Shown here: piece by piece, positions 1-8,054 of the stretch
How positions within the stretch are numbered: position 1 is the stretch's first letter
How the letters are laid out: every line of letters starts with the position of its first letter
NCBI GenBank assembly: GCA_963757335.1
Contig: CAVWRJ010000013.1
Coordinates: 471,803-535,802, forward strand
Length of the DNA: 64,000 nucleotides
From: an uncultured Acidobacteriota bacterium
Lineage (GTDB): Bacteria > Acidobacteriota > Thermoanaerobaculia > Multivoradales > UBA5704
Direction: 5' to 3'
The notes under the pieces: model-generated
What the model saw: only the letters and a program-made list of their open reading frames with translations
What the model was told of the DNA's origin: nothing
The model's database searches: none
Translations under genes and position numbers: made by a program

Positions 1-2
1 AC

Positions 3-848
3 GTGCTCCGCGAGCTGCACAAAAAGCAGGTGGTGGGCGAGGCCATCCTGCCGCTCTACCAGCAGCGCATCAAGGACATGGAGGAGATCATCCGCACCCA
101 GCACATCGTCACCCTCCCGGACCGCCCCATGAAGGTGCGCCTGGCGAGCGCGGCGGAGAGCGCCCAGACCCCGGCGCCCAACATGAAGCCACCGCGCCTC
201 ATCGGCAACACCGGCGAGACCGGCGAGTTCGTGCTGCCGCTCAGGATCCCCGGCCAGGGAGGGAAGGGCTCGCTGGCGTTAGACGACTTCACCTTCGACG
301 CCATCTCCTGGACCTTGACCGCCCACGAGGGGCGGCCGGGGCACGAGCTGCAGTTCTCGGCCATGGTCGAGAAGGGGGTGTCGAAGGCGCGCGCCATCTT
401 CGGCTTCAACTCGGTGAACGCCGAGGGCTGGGCGCTCTACGCCGAGGCCGAGGTCAAGCCCTACGAGCCGCTCGACGGGCAGCTCGGGACGCTCCAGGCG
501 CGGCTCCAGCGCGCCGCCCGGGCGATCCTCGACCCTGGTCTGCAACTCGGCACGATCACTCGCAAGGAGGCGACCCGGGTACTGCGCGAGGAGGTGGTGC
601 TGTCGGAGGGGATGGCTCTCCAGGAGGTCGAGCGCTACACCTTCTGGGCACCGGGGCAGGCGACGGCCTACTTCTGCGGCTACACCCGGCTGATGGAGCT
701 GCGGGCCGAGGTCGAGCGCATCCTCGGCAAGCGCTTCGACCGCCAGCGCTACCACGACTTCCTGCTCTCCCAGGGGATGCTGCCGCCTGCCCTGCTCAGA
801 AAGGCGGTCTACGAGCAGTTCCTGCCGCAGGAGAAGAGCCGGTCGTAA
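3..848 (+). CDS. DUF885-family protein, C-terminal part (5' end lies outside window)
   Basis: ORF 3..848 in frame from window edge; conserved DUF885-like segment incl. HEGRPGHELQ motif; plausible codon usage (GC3-rich). Confidence 0.65.
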   Translation: MLRELHKKQVVGEAILPLYQQRIKDMEEIIRTQHIVTLPDRPMKVRLASAAESAQTPAPNMKPPRLIGNTGETGEFVLPLRIPGQGGKGSLALDDFTFDAISWTLTAHEGRPGHELQFSAMVEKGVSKARAIFGFNSVNAEGWALYAEAEVKPYEPLDGQLGTLQARLQRAARAILDPGLQLGTITRKEATRVLREEVVLSEGMALQEVERYTFWAPGQATAYFCGYTRLMELRAEVERILGKRFDRQRYHDFLLSQGMLPPALLRKAVYEQFLPQEKSRS

Positions 849-922
849 GAAAAAGAAGGTAGAACGGGGCCGGCGGCGGGATCTCTCCAGGAGCCGCCGG
901 CCCCGAGCCGTTCCAGGGACGA

Positions 923-1372
923 TTACTGGCGGGCCATCAGGCGGTCGATCACCGTCACGTGCTCGCGCTGCTTGGGGAGGAGCTGGCCCTGGATGAGCGC
1001 CTTGCACTCCGCCGGCAGGTGCTCGTCCTTCAAGGCGTCCTCATAGTCCTTGACACCGTGCTCCTCACCTTCCTTCAGAGCCTTCAGGGCCGCCGTGTTG
1101 CCGAACAGCTTGGCCGCCCCGGTGACCGCCTGGGCGAAGGTGCCCCAGGGGCCGGAGCCCTCGGACGGCTTCTCGCCGTGGCCTTCGATGTGATGCCAGA
1201 GAGCGTCGGCGGCGTCGCGGTGGTCGCGGCGGAGGGAGTGCAGCTCGGCGGAGCCGGGCGCGCTGTTGTCCTCCAGCTTCTCGATCGCCTGGCGGTAGGT
1301 CTCCAGGGCGGACATCTCACCGCGCAACAGGCTGTTCAAGGTCTCAAGGTTCGTCTTCGTGGTCGTCGCCAT
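923..1372 (-). CDS. PA2169/DUF2383-family four-helix-bundle (ferritin-like) protein
   Basis: ORF 923..1483; internal ATG at 1370-1372 preceded by GGGAGA RBS; MATTTKTNLETLNSLLRGEMSALETYRQA... resembles PA2169 family; upstream part of ORF lacks RBS. Confidence 0.6.
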   Translation of the reverse strand: MATTTKTNLETLNSLLRGEMSALETYRQAIEKLEDNSAPGSAELHSLRRDHRDAADALWHHIEGHGEKPSEGSGPWGTFAQAVTGAAKLFGNTAALKALKEGEEHGVKDYEDALKDEHLPAECKALIQGQLLPKQREHVTVIDRLMARQ

Positions 1373-1584
1373 GGATGTTCTCCCTTTGAAAAGTATTCCG
1401 ACTCCGTGGCCGGGTTCTTCAGGGGAATTTGCAAGAGATGTGCCCCAGGTTCGCCGTGGCCACTTTAAGACCCTGGGTGGCATTGTTCTTGCTCCATCTT
1501 AAAGACGAGGCATGAGAGGTCGGAAGCACTCCGCTTCGTCGTGTCGAACACTGGAAGAATTCTTATCAACAAAGGAGAGACGCG

Positions 1585-2361
1585 ATGGCTCACAAGAAAC
1601 TCACCGGAATGGCCGCGGTTGCGGTGGCAGGGCTCCTCACGACAATGACTCCGGCGTTCGCCCAGAACACCGGGACGACGACTGGCAGCAACACCACCGG
1701 CAGCGGCTCGGGCACGACCGGCTCCGGCTCGACAGGTACCACGGGCTCCGGCTCGGGCTCCATGGGCACCTCGGGCTCCAGCTCGGGCTCCATGGGCACC
1801 TCGGGCTCCATGGGTCACGACTCCATGGGCAAGAACGGCATGATGGGCAAGGTCAGCTCCAAGGACAAGAAGTTCATGATGGACGCGGCCATGGGCGGCA
1901 TGGAAGAGGTGGAGATGGGGCGCCTGGCGGCGAGCAACGCCACGGACGCCGACGTCAAGGCCTTCGGCCAGCGCATGGTCGACGATCACACCAAGGCCAA
2001 CGACCAGCTGAAGCAGGTCGCCCAGACCAAGGGCGTGACCCTGCCGGCCGACATGAGCAAGTCGCAGCACAGCGACATGGATAAGCTCAGCAAGATGACC
2101 GGCACCGACTTCGACCACGCCTACGTCAAGATGATGGTCAAGGACCACAAGAAGGACGTGGCCGACTTCTCCAAGGAGTCGAAGAGCGGCAAGGACTCGG
2201 ACGTCAAGTCGTTCGCCAGCACCACCCTCCCGACCCTTCAGGACCACCTCAAGATGGTCCAGGACCTCTCGACCAAGATGGGCGGCAGCAAGAGCGCCAG
2301 CATGAGCAAGCACTCCAGCCGCAGCAAGAAGACGACCTCGACCGGCACCAACGGTCAGTAG
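1585..2361 (+). CDS. DUF4142-domain secreted protein (signal peptide + G/S/T-rich linker + DUF4142)
   Basis: AAAGGAGAG RBS 8 nt upstream of ATG 1585; signal peptide MAHKKLTGMAAVAVAGLLTTMTPAFA; DUF4142 hallmark FMMDAAMGGMEEVEMGRLAA...VKAFGQRMVDDHTKANDQL. Confidence 0.8.
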   Translation: MAHKKLTGMAAVAVAGLLTTMTPAFAQNTGTTTGSNTTGSGSGTTGSGSTGTTGSGSGSMGTSGSSSGSMGTSGSMGHDSMGKNGMMGKVSSKDKKFMMDAAMGGMEEVEMGRLAASNATDADVKAFGQRMVDDHTKANDQLKQVAQTKGVTLPADMSKSQHSDMDKLSKMTGTDFDHAYVKMMVKDHKKDVADFSKESKSGKDSDVKSFASTTLPTLQDHLKMVQDLSTKMGGSKSASMSKHSSRSKKTTSTGTNGQ

Positions 2362-2385
2362 GCCGGCCTACCTCGAACCGAGGCC

Positions 2386-2413
2386 CCCGGGCGGCACCTC
2401 GCTACCGCCCGGG
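2386..2413 (+). terminator. GC-rich hairpin (CCCGGGCGG-10 nt loop-CCGCCCGGG) downstream of DUF4142 gene; no U-tract
   Basis: 9-bp perfect inverted repeat read directly 25 nt after stop codon. Confidence 0.35.
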
Positions 2414-2479
2414 GACCGGGACTCTCCAGCTCCCCTCTCGCGTCAGATCCCCACCTGGACCGGGTACGATACGCCACCG

Positions 2480-3622
2480 ATGTCCGAGCTCTTCGACCGA
2501 GACCCCTGGGCGCGGCTGCCCCGCACCCGGCAGGCCCTGGAGGCCGGCCTCGACCTTGGCGTGCACCTGGGAGCCCAGCTCCATGTCGACCTCCATGGCG
2601 AGGTCGTGGCCGATGCCGCCCTGGGGGAGAACCGGCCGGGCGAGCCGCTGACCCCCGACCACCTGATGCTCTGGCTGTCCTCGACCAAGCCGGTGGCGGC
2701 GGTGGCCGTGGCGCAGCTCTGGGAGCGCGGGCTCCTGGAGCTCGACGATCCGGTGGCCCGGCATCTCCCGGAGTTCGCCGCCGAGGGGAAAGAGGGAATC
2801 ACTCTCCGCCACCTCCTCACCCACACCGCAGGCATCCGCCTGCTCGACACCGGCTGGCCCGCCGCCTCCTGGGAGGAGATCGTGGCCCGCATCGCGGCCT
2901 CGAAGCCGGAGCCGCGCTGGGTGCCGGGGCAGAAGGCGGGTTACCACCTGGCCTCCTCCTGGTTCCTCCTCGGCGAGGTCGTCCACCGGCTCTCCGGGCT
3001 CCCCTTCGATCGCTACGTGCGGGAGGAGATCTTCCTCCCCCTGGGGATGGCCGACTGCTGGATCGGCATGCCGGCCGAGCGCTACCGGGCCTACGCCGAG
3101 GCTGGGCGGCTGGGGCTCCTCTACAACACCGAGGGCGCGCCGCCCCGCCAGCACACCTGGACCGCCGAGCCGCGGCTCACCGGCATCCACCCCGGGGGGA
3201 ACGGCTACGGCCCGATGCGGGAGCTGGCCCGCTTCTACGCCATGCTTTTAGGTCTCGGCAGCCTGGAAGGAGCCCGGGGGCTCTCGCCCCAGGCGGTCGA
3301 GGCGCTCACCGCCCGCCACCGGGTGGGGATGGTCGACCAGACTTTCAAGCACGAGATGGACTGGGGCCTGGGGTTCATCCTCGACTCCAAGCGCTACGGG
3401 GTCGAGACCGTCCCCTACGGCTACGGCCGGCTCTGCTCGACCCGCACCTTCGGCCACAGCGGCTACCGCTCCTCGACCGCCTTCGCCGACCCCGAGGCCG
3501 GCCTGATCGTCGCCCTGGTCATGAACGGCACTCCCTCCGAGGCCGCCCACGAGCGCCGCATCCGGGCCGTGCTCGACGCCGTGTATATGGATTTGGAGCT
3601 TAATCACCAGGTCAATAGTTGA
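2480..3622 (+). CDS. Serine hydrolase, beta-lactamase/esterase (class C-related) family
   Basis: 380-aa ORF; SxxK motif (SSTKPV), YxN-like and later HSG motif typical of beta-lactamase-fold serine hydrolases. Confidence 0.8.
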   Translation: MSELFDRDPWARLPRTRQALEAGLDLGVHLGAQLHVDLHGEVVADAALGENRPGEPLTPDHLMLWLSSTKPVAAVAVAQLWERGLLELDDPVARHLPEFAAEGKEGITLRHLLTHTAGIRLLDTGWPAASWEEIVARIAASKPEPRWVPGQKAGYHLASSWFLLGEVVHRLSGLPFDRYVREEIFLPLGMADCWIGMPAERYRAYAEAGRLGLLYNTEGAPPRQHTWTAEPRLTGIHPGGNGYGPMRELARFYAMLLGLGSLEGARGLSPQAVEALTARHRVGMVDQTFKHEMDWGLGFILDSKRYGVETVPYGYGRLCSTRTFGHSGYRSSTAFADPEAGLIVALVMNGTPSEAAHERRIRAVLDAVYMDLELNHQVNS

Positions 3623-3632
3623 CAGGTCAACT
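3613..3632. promoter_or_regulatory. Perfect palindrome ATAGTTGAC-AG-GTCAACTAT (candidate MarR operator)
   Basis: 9-bp arms, 2-bp spacer, read directly; lies at 5' end of MarR gene / overlaps its earliest possible start. Confidence 0.5.
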
Positions 3633-4134
3633 ATCCGAGGGTAGTCTCGATCCTGTGGCCGACGAACGTACTCCGCTCCAGAAAGAGCTTCAGCAGCAAC
3701 GGCCGTTCCGGTCACGCGGGCAGGAGTCGGTAATCGCCCTCCTCCGCACCGCGGACCTGATGCGCCGTCACCTCTCGCGGGTGATCGAGCCGCACGGCAT
3801 CACCCTCCAGCAGTACAACGTCCTCCGCATCCTGCGCGGTGCCGGGGAGGAGGGATTGCCGACCCTCGTCATCGGCGAGCGGATGATCGAGCAGACGCCG
3901 GGGGTCACCCGCCTCCTCGACCGGTTGGAGGCCAAGAGCCTGGTGGCCCGCTGCCGGGGGGAGAGCGACCGGCGCCAGGTGTTCTGCCGGCTGACCCCGG
4001 CCGGCCGCCTCCTCCTCGCCCAGCTCGACCCGGAGATGGACGTGGCCGACGAGTCGGGAGTCGCCATGCTCCGCCCCGAGGACAAGGAGAAGCTCCTGGA
4101 GCTCCTGGCGGCCATCCGCACCGGTCACGGCTGA
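3619..4134 (+). CDS. MarR-family transcriptional regulator
   Basis: Winged-helix MarR signature (ITLQQYNVLRIL...LPTLVIGERM...VTRLLDRLEAKSLV); first codon TTG at 3619 overlaps upstream gene stop; a GTG at 3655 with GAGGG RBS is an alternative start downstream of the palindrome. Confidence 0.8.
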   Translation: MTGQLSEGSLDPVADERTPLQKELQQQRPFRSRGQESVIALLRTADLMRRHLSRVIEPHGITLQQYNVLRILRGAGEEGLPTLVIGERMIEQTPGVTRLLDRLEAKSLVARCRGESDRRQVFCRLTPAGRLLLAQLDPEMDVADESGVAMLRPEDKEKLLELLAAIRTGHG

Positions 4135-4184
4135 ACCAGCGTCACGTCACAGTCAGCACCACGAGTTCCACCAAAGGAGATCCC

Positions 4185-4766
4185 ATGAGCACCGTTCCCT
4201 CGGAAACCGCCGCTACCCCTGAGACGAGCACCGTCAAGATCTATACCCTCGACCCCACCCACTCGGAGGTCGCCTTCACCGTCCGTCACCTGGTGACCAA
4301 CGTCCGCGGGCGCTTCAACGACTATACGGCGACCATCCGCATGGACACCGCGAACCCCGAGGCCTCCTCGGTCGAGTTCCGGGTGAAGACGGCGAGCATC
4401 GACACCGCCAACGCCGACCGCGACACCCACCTGCGCTCGGCCGACTTCTTCGACGTCGAGAAGTACCCCGAGATCGTCTTCCGGTCGACCTCCATCCGCG
4501 CCACCCAGGGCGGCGAGGAGGAGACCTACGAGGTGAAGGGAAATCTGGAGATGCACGGGGAGACTCACGAGATCACCCTCCCGGTCACCTACCTGGGCGC
4601 GGTCAAAGACCCCTGGGGCAACGACAAGGCGGGCTTCGAGACGACGACCAAAATCAACCGCAAGGACTTCGGGATGGTCTGGAACCAGGCTCTGGACGCC
4701 GGCGGCTTCATCCTCTCCGAGGACATCAAGGTCCACATCAATTTAGAGGCGCAGCTCCAGAAGTAG
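4185..4766 (+). CDS. YceI-family (polyisoprenoid-binding) protein
   Basis: AAAGGAGA RBS before ATG 4185; YceI signature (LDPTHSEVAFTVRHLVTNVRGRF...EVKGNLEMHGETHEITLP). Confidence 0.85.
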   Translation: MSTVPSETAATPETSTVKIYTLDPTHSEVAFTVRHLVTNVRGRFNDYTATIRMDTANPEASSVEFRVKTASIDTANADRDTHLRSADFFDVEKYPEIVFRSTSIRATQGGEEETYEVKGNLEMHGETHEITLPVTYLGAVKDPWGNDKAGFETTTKINRKDFGMVWNQALDAGGFILSEDIKVHINLEAQLQK

Positions 4767-4782
4767 AGGGGAATGGCGAGAT

Positions 4783-4813
4783 GGGCCCGCGCCGGAGAGC
4801 TCCGCGCGGGCCC
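4783..4813. terminator. Bidirectional GC hairpin (GGGCCCGCGC...GCGCGGGCCC) between convergent yceI-like and relE-like genes
   Basis: 10-bp perfect inverted repeat read directly; abuts relE stop codon. Confidence 0.5.
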
Positions 4814-5067
4814 TACCGATAGGCCTCACGGCGATGACGGACCCGTAGGACTCTTACTTCTTGGGCCGAATCATTCACTTCATACAGGATGCGATAGTCG
4901 CCGACGCGGACCCGATAGTCGTTCCGCGATCCGCTGAGCTTTCGGCACCCCAATGGCCTTGGCGTCTGGGCCAGAGTTTTGATCTCGACAATGACGCGAT
5001 GAAAGGTCTCAGCTGGCAGCCGCTTCAGGTCCCGCTCGGCCTGTGGCGTCAGGAGGACGTCATGCAT
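4813..5067 (-). CDS. RelE/ParE-family type II toxin
   Basis: 84 aa; RelE/StbE-like sequence (YRVRVGDYRILYEVNDSAQEVRVLRVRHRREAY); overlaps antitoxin gene by 8 nt. Confidence 0.8.
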   Translation of the reverse strand: MHDVLLTPQAERDLKRLPAETFHRVIVEIKTLAQTPRPLGCRKLSGSRNDYRVRVGDYRILYEVNDSAQEVRVLRVRHRREAYR

Positions 5068-5263
5068 CCGGCGAGTGTTCGGCGAGGAAGTCTTCGAGCC
5101 GCCGTAGCTGGAGCGGCTCGCGCCGCAACTCGTCCAGCGCTTTGAGATCCTCCAGGTCTTCGAGTCGCTCCAGCAACTCCCGGTACTCTTCGATGTCGAT
5201 GATCACGGCGACCGGTTTCCCATCGCGGACGACGATCTCTGGGGAGGTCGTTTGTGTCTTCAT
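5060..5263 (-). CDS. Phd/YefM-family antitoxin
   Basis: 67 aa; KPVAVIIDIEEYRELLERLEDLEDL typical Phd/YefM; immediately upstream of RelE-like gene. Confidence 0.75.
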   Translation of the reverse strand: MKTQTTSPEIVVRDGKPVAVIIDIEEYRELLERLEDLEDLKALDELRREPLQLRRLEDFLAEHSPDA

Positions 5264-5294
5264 AACCTTAAGTCTAGCAGTGGATCGGCTCTGA

Positions 5295-6602
5295 TCACGC
5301 TCTCGTCTTCCGGCGCCAGAAGTAGATCGGCAGCCCGGCGACCAGCGCCAGCGCCCCGGCGAGGAGGTTGGTGACCGTGGCGCTGCTGAGGAAAACCAGG
5401 CAGACCAGGCAGGCGGCGAACGGGATGACCGGGCCGCCGGGGAGACGCAGGGTCTGGCGGTCGCTCCCCATCTTTAGGCGGAGAAACGGGACCGCCGCCG
5501 CCGTCCCCAGGTAGGAGGCGAGGCGGGCCACGACCGAGAGCGCCGCCAGGCCCACGAACGAGCCGGAGAGGGCGAGCGGCAGGGCGATGGCGCTCTGCAC
5601 GAGGATCGCCATCGCCGGGGTATGGAAGCGCGGATGGACCCAGGCGAGCGCCCGCGGCCCGAAGCCGTCCTCGGCGAGCGCGAAGAGGTAGCGCGGGCCG
5701 GTCAGCACGGTGTTGCTGTTGGTCCCCAGAATGGAGATCGCCCCGCCGACGGTCAGCAGCAGGCCCCCCAGAGAGCCCAGGAAGACGTGCGAGGCGTCGG
5801 CGAGCGGGGTCGCCGAGTGGGCGAGGCCGGGGAGGATCCCCAGCGCCACCCACTGCACGGCGGTGTAGAGCAGGGTGACGATGACGATCTGGGCGAGGAG
5901 GGCGAAGGGGACGTCGCGCCGCGGGTTCTTGAACTCTCCGGCGGGAGCGGCGGTGTTCTCGAAGCCGGCGTAGGCGTAGAGGAGAAGGAGCGCCGCCTCG
6001 CCCAGGTGCCCGTTGCCGGCCGGGGTTTGCAGTACCTTCGCCGCCGAGGCGTAGAACACCCCCACCCCGACGAAGAGCAGGAGAGGCAGGATCTTGAAGA
6101 TGGCGAGGAGAACCGCCGTCCGCGCGCCGAAGCGGACGCCCACGATGTTGATCCACGTCAGCACCGCGAGCGAGACGACGATGACGAGCCCCCGCCCCCA
6201 GCCCGTGCCAGCCGCAGGCCAGAGGTAGGTCAGGGCCTGGGCGAAGGCGGCCGAGAGCGACGCCACCGACGCCACCCGGGCGAGCCAGGTCATCCACCCC
6301 ACCTCGAAGCCGACCAGGTTCCCGAAGGCCGTGCGGGCATAGAGATAGGCGCTCCCCGGCCCGTCGAAGTGACTCCCCGCCTCGGCGAAGCAGAGGACCA
6401 GAAGGAGCACCGCCGCCCCGGCAGCGACCACCGCCCAGACGCTCGCCCAACCCAGGATGAGGGCGGCCGCCGCCGGCAGGAGGTAGACGCCGCTCCCCAC
6501 GACATCGTTCAAAGCCAGGCCGACGATCTCCCAGCGTGACACCGCGCGCTCGAGCCCGGCGCCCCCCTGCGGCTCGGAGGCATCGAAGCCGATGCGGCTC
6601 AT
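5295..6602 (-). CDS. APC-family amino acid permease (paralog 1)
   Basis: Start reassigned to internal ATG (6600-6602, MSRIGFDAS...) because the upstream part of the 641-aa ORF is the 3' end of the next gene read in another frame; 12-TM APC profile (GSGVYLLPA, FAYAGFENTAAPAGE). Confidence 0.8.
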   Translation of the reverse strand: MSRIGFDASEPQGGAGLERAVSRWEIVGLALNDVVGSGVYLLPAAAALILGWASVWAVVAAGAAVLLLVLCFAEAGSHFDGPGSAYLYARTAFGNLVGFEVGWMTWLARVASVASLSAAFAQALTYLWPAAGTGWGRGLVIVVSLAVLTWINIVGVRFGARTAVLLAIFKILPLLLFVGVGVFYASAAKVLQTPAGNGHLGEAALLLLYAYAGFENTAAPAGEFKNPRRDVPFALLAQIVIVTLLYTAVQWVALGILPGLAHSATPLADASHVFLGSLGGLLLTVGGAISILGTNSNTVLTGPRYLFALAEDGFGPRALAWVHPRFHTPAMAILVQSAIALPLALSGSFVGLAALSVVARLASYLGTAAAVPFLRLKMGSDRQTLRLPGGPVIPFAACLVCLVFLSSATVTNLLAGALALVAGLPIYFWRRKTRA

Positions 6603-7939
6603 CGCATTGCCTGCGAGGCCGCGGGGACCTCGGGGTCGGAGATCGGTGGGAGGGGGGGGCGGCGCAAGAAGTAGAGGACGAAGCCGACGGCGACCGCGGC
6701 GGCGCCAGCCACGACGTCGGCGCGGGTCGCGCTCCGGGCCAGGGCGATGCAGAGCAGGCCGGCAGCGATCGGGATCACCGGGCCGCCGGGAAGGCGAAAG
6801 CCGGCCGGCTCCCCCGACAACCCCTCCACCGACGCCAGCTTCCGGCGGAGCACCGGCACCGCGGCGGCCGTCCCCACGTAGGTGGCGATGAGGGCGAGCA
6901 TGGAGGTCGAGGCGAGCCGGGCGAAGGAGCCGGTCAGGGCGAGCGGCAAGGCGATCGCGCTCTGCACGAGGATCGCCGCTGCCGGGGTGTGGAAGCGCGG
7001 GTGGATCCGCGCCAGGAAGGCGGGGCCGAAGCCGTCCCGGGTGAGGGCGAAGACGTAACGCGGCCCAGCCAGCACCTGGTTGCCGTTGGTGCCGAGGATG
7101 GACATCACCGAGCCGAGAGCGAGGAGCGTGCCGCCCCAGGGGCCGAGGAACAGTCGGGCGGCATCGGCGAGCGGGGTCTTCGAATGGGCGAGATCGGGGA
7201 GGGTGCCCAGGGCCACCCACTGGACGGCGAAGTAGAGGAGCGTGACGATGACGATCTGGGCGAGGAGGGCGAAGACGACGTTCTTCCTTGGATCCTTGTA
7301 CTCGCCGGCCGGTGCCGCGGTGTTCTCGAATCCCGAGTAGGCGAAGAGGAGGAGGAGAATCCCGGCGGGGACGTTGCCGTCCGTCGCCCGCGCCGCGGCC
7401 GCCCGCGCCGGCGAGGCATAGGCGAGGCCGGCGGCGATGAAGAGGACCAGGGGGACGATTTTGAGGATGGTCAAGGTGACCGCCGTCCGCGCTCCCGAGC
7501 GCACCCCGACGACGTTCGCCAGGGTGAGAGCGAGGAGGGGGAGGACGACCGCCAGAGCCCGCGGCGCCCCGCCGGCCGTCGCCGGCCAGAAGTAGGAGAG
7601 GGCCTGGGCGAAGCCGGCCGAGAGCGCCGCCGAGGCGGCGACGCTCGACAGCCAGGTGACCCAGCCCACCTGGAAGCCGACGAGGTCGCCGAAGGCCACC
7701 CGGGTGTAGAGGTAGGCACCGCCCGCCCGGTCGAAGTGGCTCGCCGCCTCGGCGAAGCAGAGGACGACCAAAAAGACCGCCAACCCCGCCGCGAGGACCG
7801 CCCAGAGGCTCGCCGCCCCCATCGCCGCCGCGGCCGCCGCCGGCAGCAGGTAGACGCCGCTCCCCACGACGTTGTTCAAGGCGAGGGCGACGATCTGCCA
7901 GCGCGACACGGCGCGCTCTAGAGTGGGGGCGGCGCTCAT
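6599..7939 (-). CDS. APC-family amino acid permease (paralog 2)
   Basis: Start at ATG 7937-7939 (MSAAPTLERAVS...) with GGGAGA RBS; stop overlaps paralog-1 start as ATGA (translational coupling); same conserved APC motifs. Confidence 0.8.
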   Translation of the reverse strand: MSAAPTLERAVSRWQIVALALNNVVGSGVYLLPAAAAAAMGAASLWAVLAAGLAVFLVVLCFAEAASHFDRAGGAYLYTRVAFGDLVGFQVGWVTWLSSVAASAALSAGFAQALSYFWPATAGGAPRALAVVLPLLALTLANVVGVRSGARTAVTLTILKIVPLVLFIAAGLAYASPARAAAARATDGNVPAGILLLLFAYSGFENTAAPAGEYKDPRKNVVFALLAQIVIVTLLYFAVQWVALGTLPDLAHSKTPLADAARLFLGPWGGTLLALGSVMSILGTNGNQVLAGPRYVFALTRDGFGPAFLARIHPRFHTPAAAILVQSAIALPLALTGSFARLASTSMLALIATYVGTAAAVPVLRRKLASVEGLSGEPAGFRLPGGPVIPIAAGLLCIALARSATRADVVAGAAAVAVGFVLYFLRRPPLPPISDPEVPAASQAMR

Positions 7940-8054
7940 GGGATCTCCCGGGTTCCGAGGTATTCGGGAGGAGTATAGCGGTCCCGGGGAGTCTGTTACG
8001 CTTACGCTCCCGCCGGGCGCTTCGCGAGCCGGCCGGATTCTCGAAATCAAAGAC

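Noticed and set aside
279-1007. 242-aa minus-strand ORF, and many similar long ORFs antisense to real genes (e.g. 959..1468+, 1465..2313-, 2402..3190-, 5260..6450-, 5622..6539+, 6536..7921+, 9254..11302+, 12192..13220+, 15381..17186-, 17711..20224-, 19507..22494+, 25828..29820+, 29339..31720-, 33705..35054-, 39508..41514-, 47535..50573+, 50706..51929-, 53072..54260-)
   Set aside because: Arg/Pro/Gly-rich low-complexity translations with no recognisable domains; they overlap well-supported genes on the other strand. At ~70% GC, stop codons are rare in antisense frames, so these are composition artefacts.
5295-7220. Single 641-aa permease ORF
   Set aside because: The first 206 residues are the 3' end of the upstream paralog read in another frame; a genuine ATG (6602) with ATGA coupling defines two separate APC permease genes.
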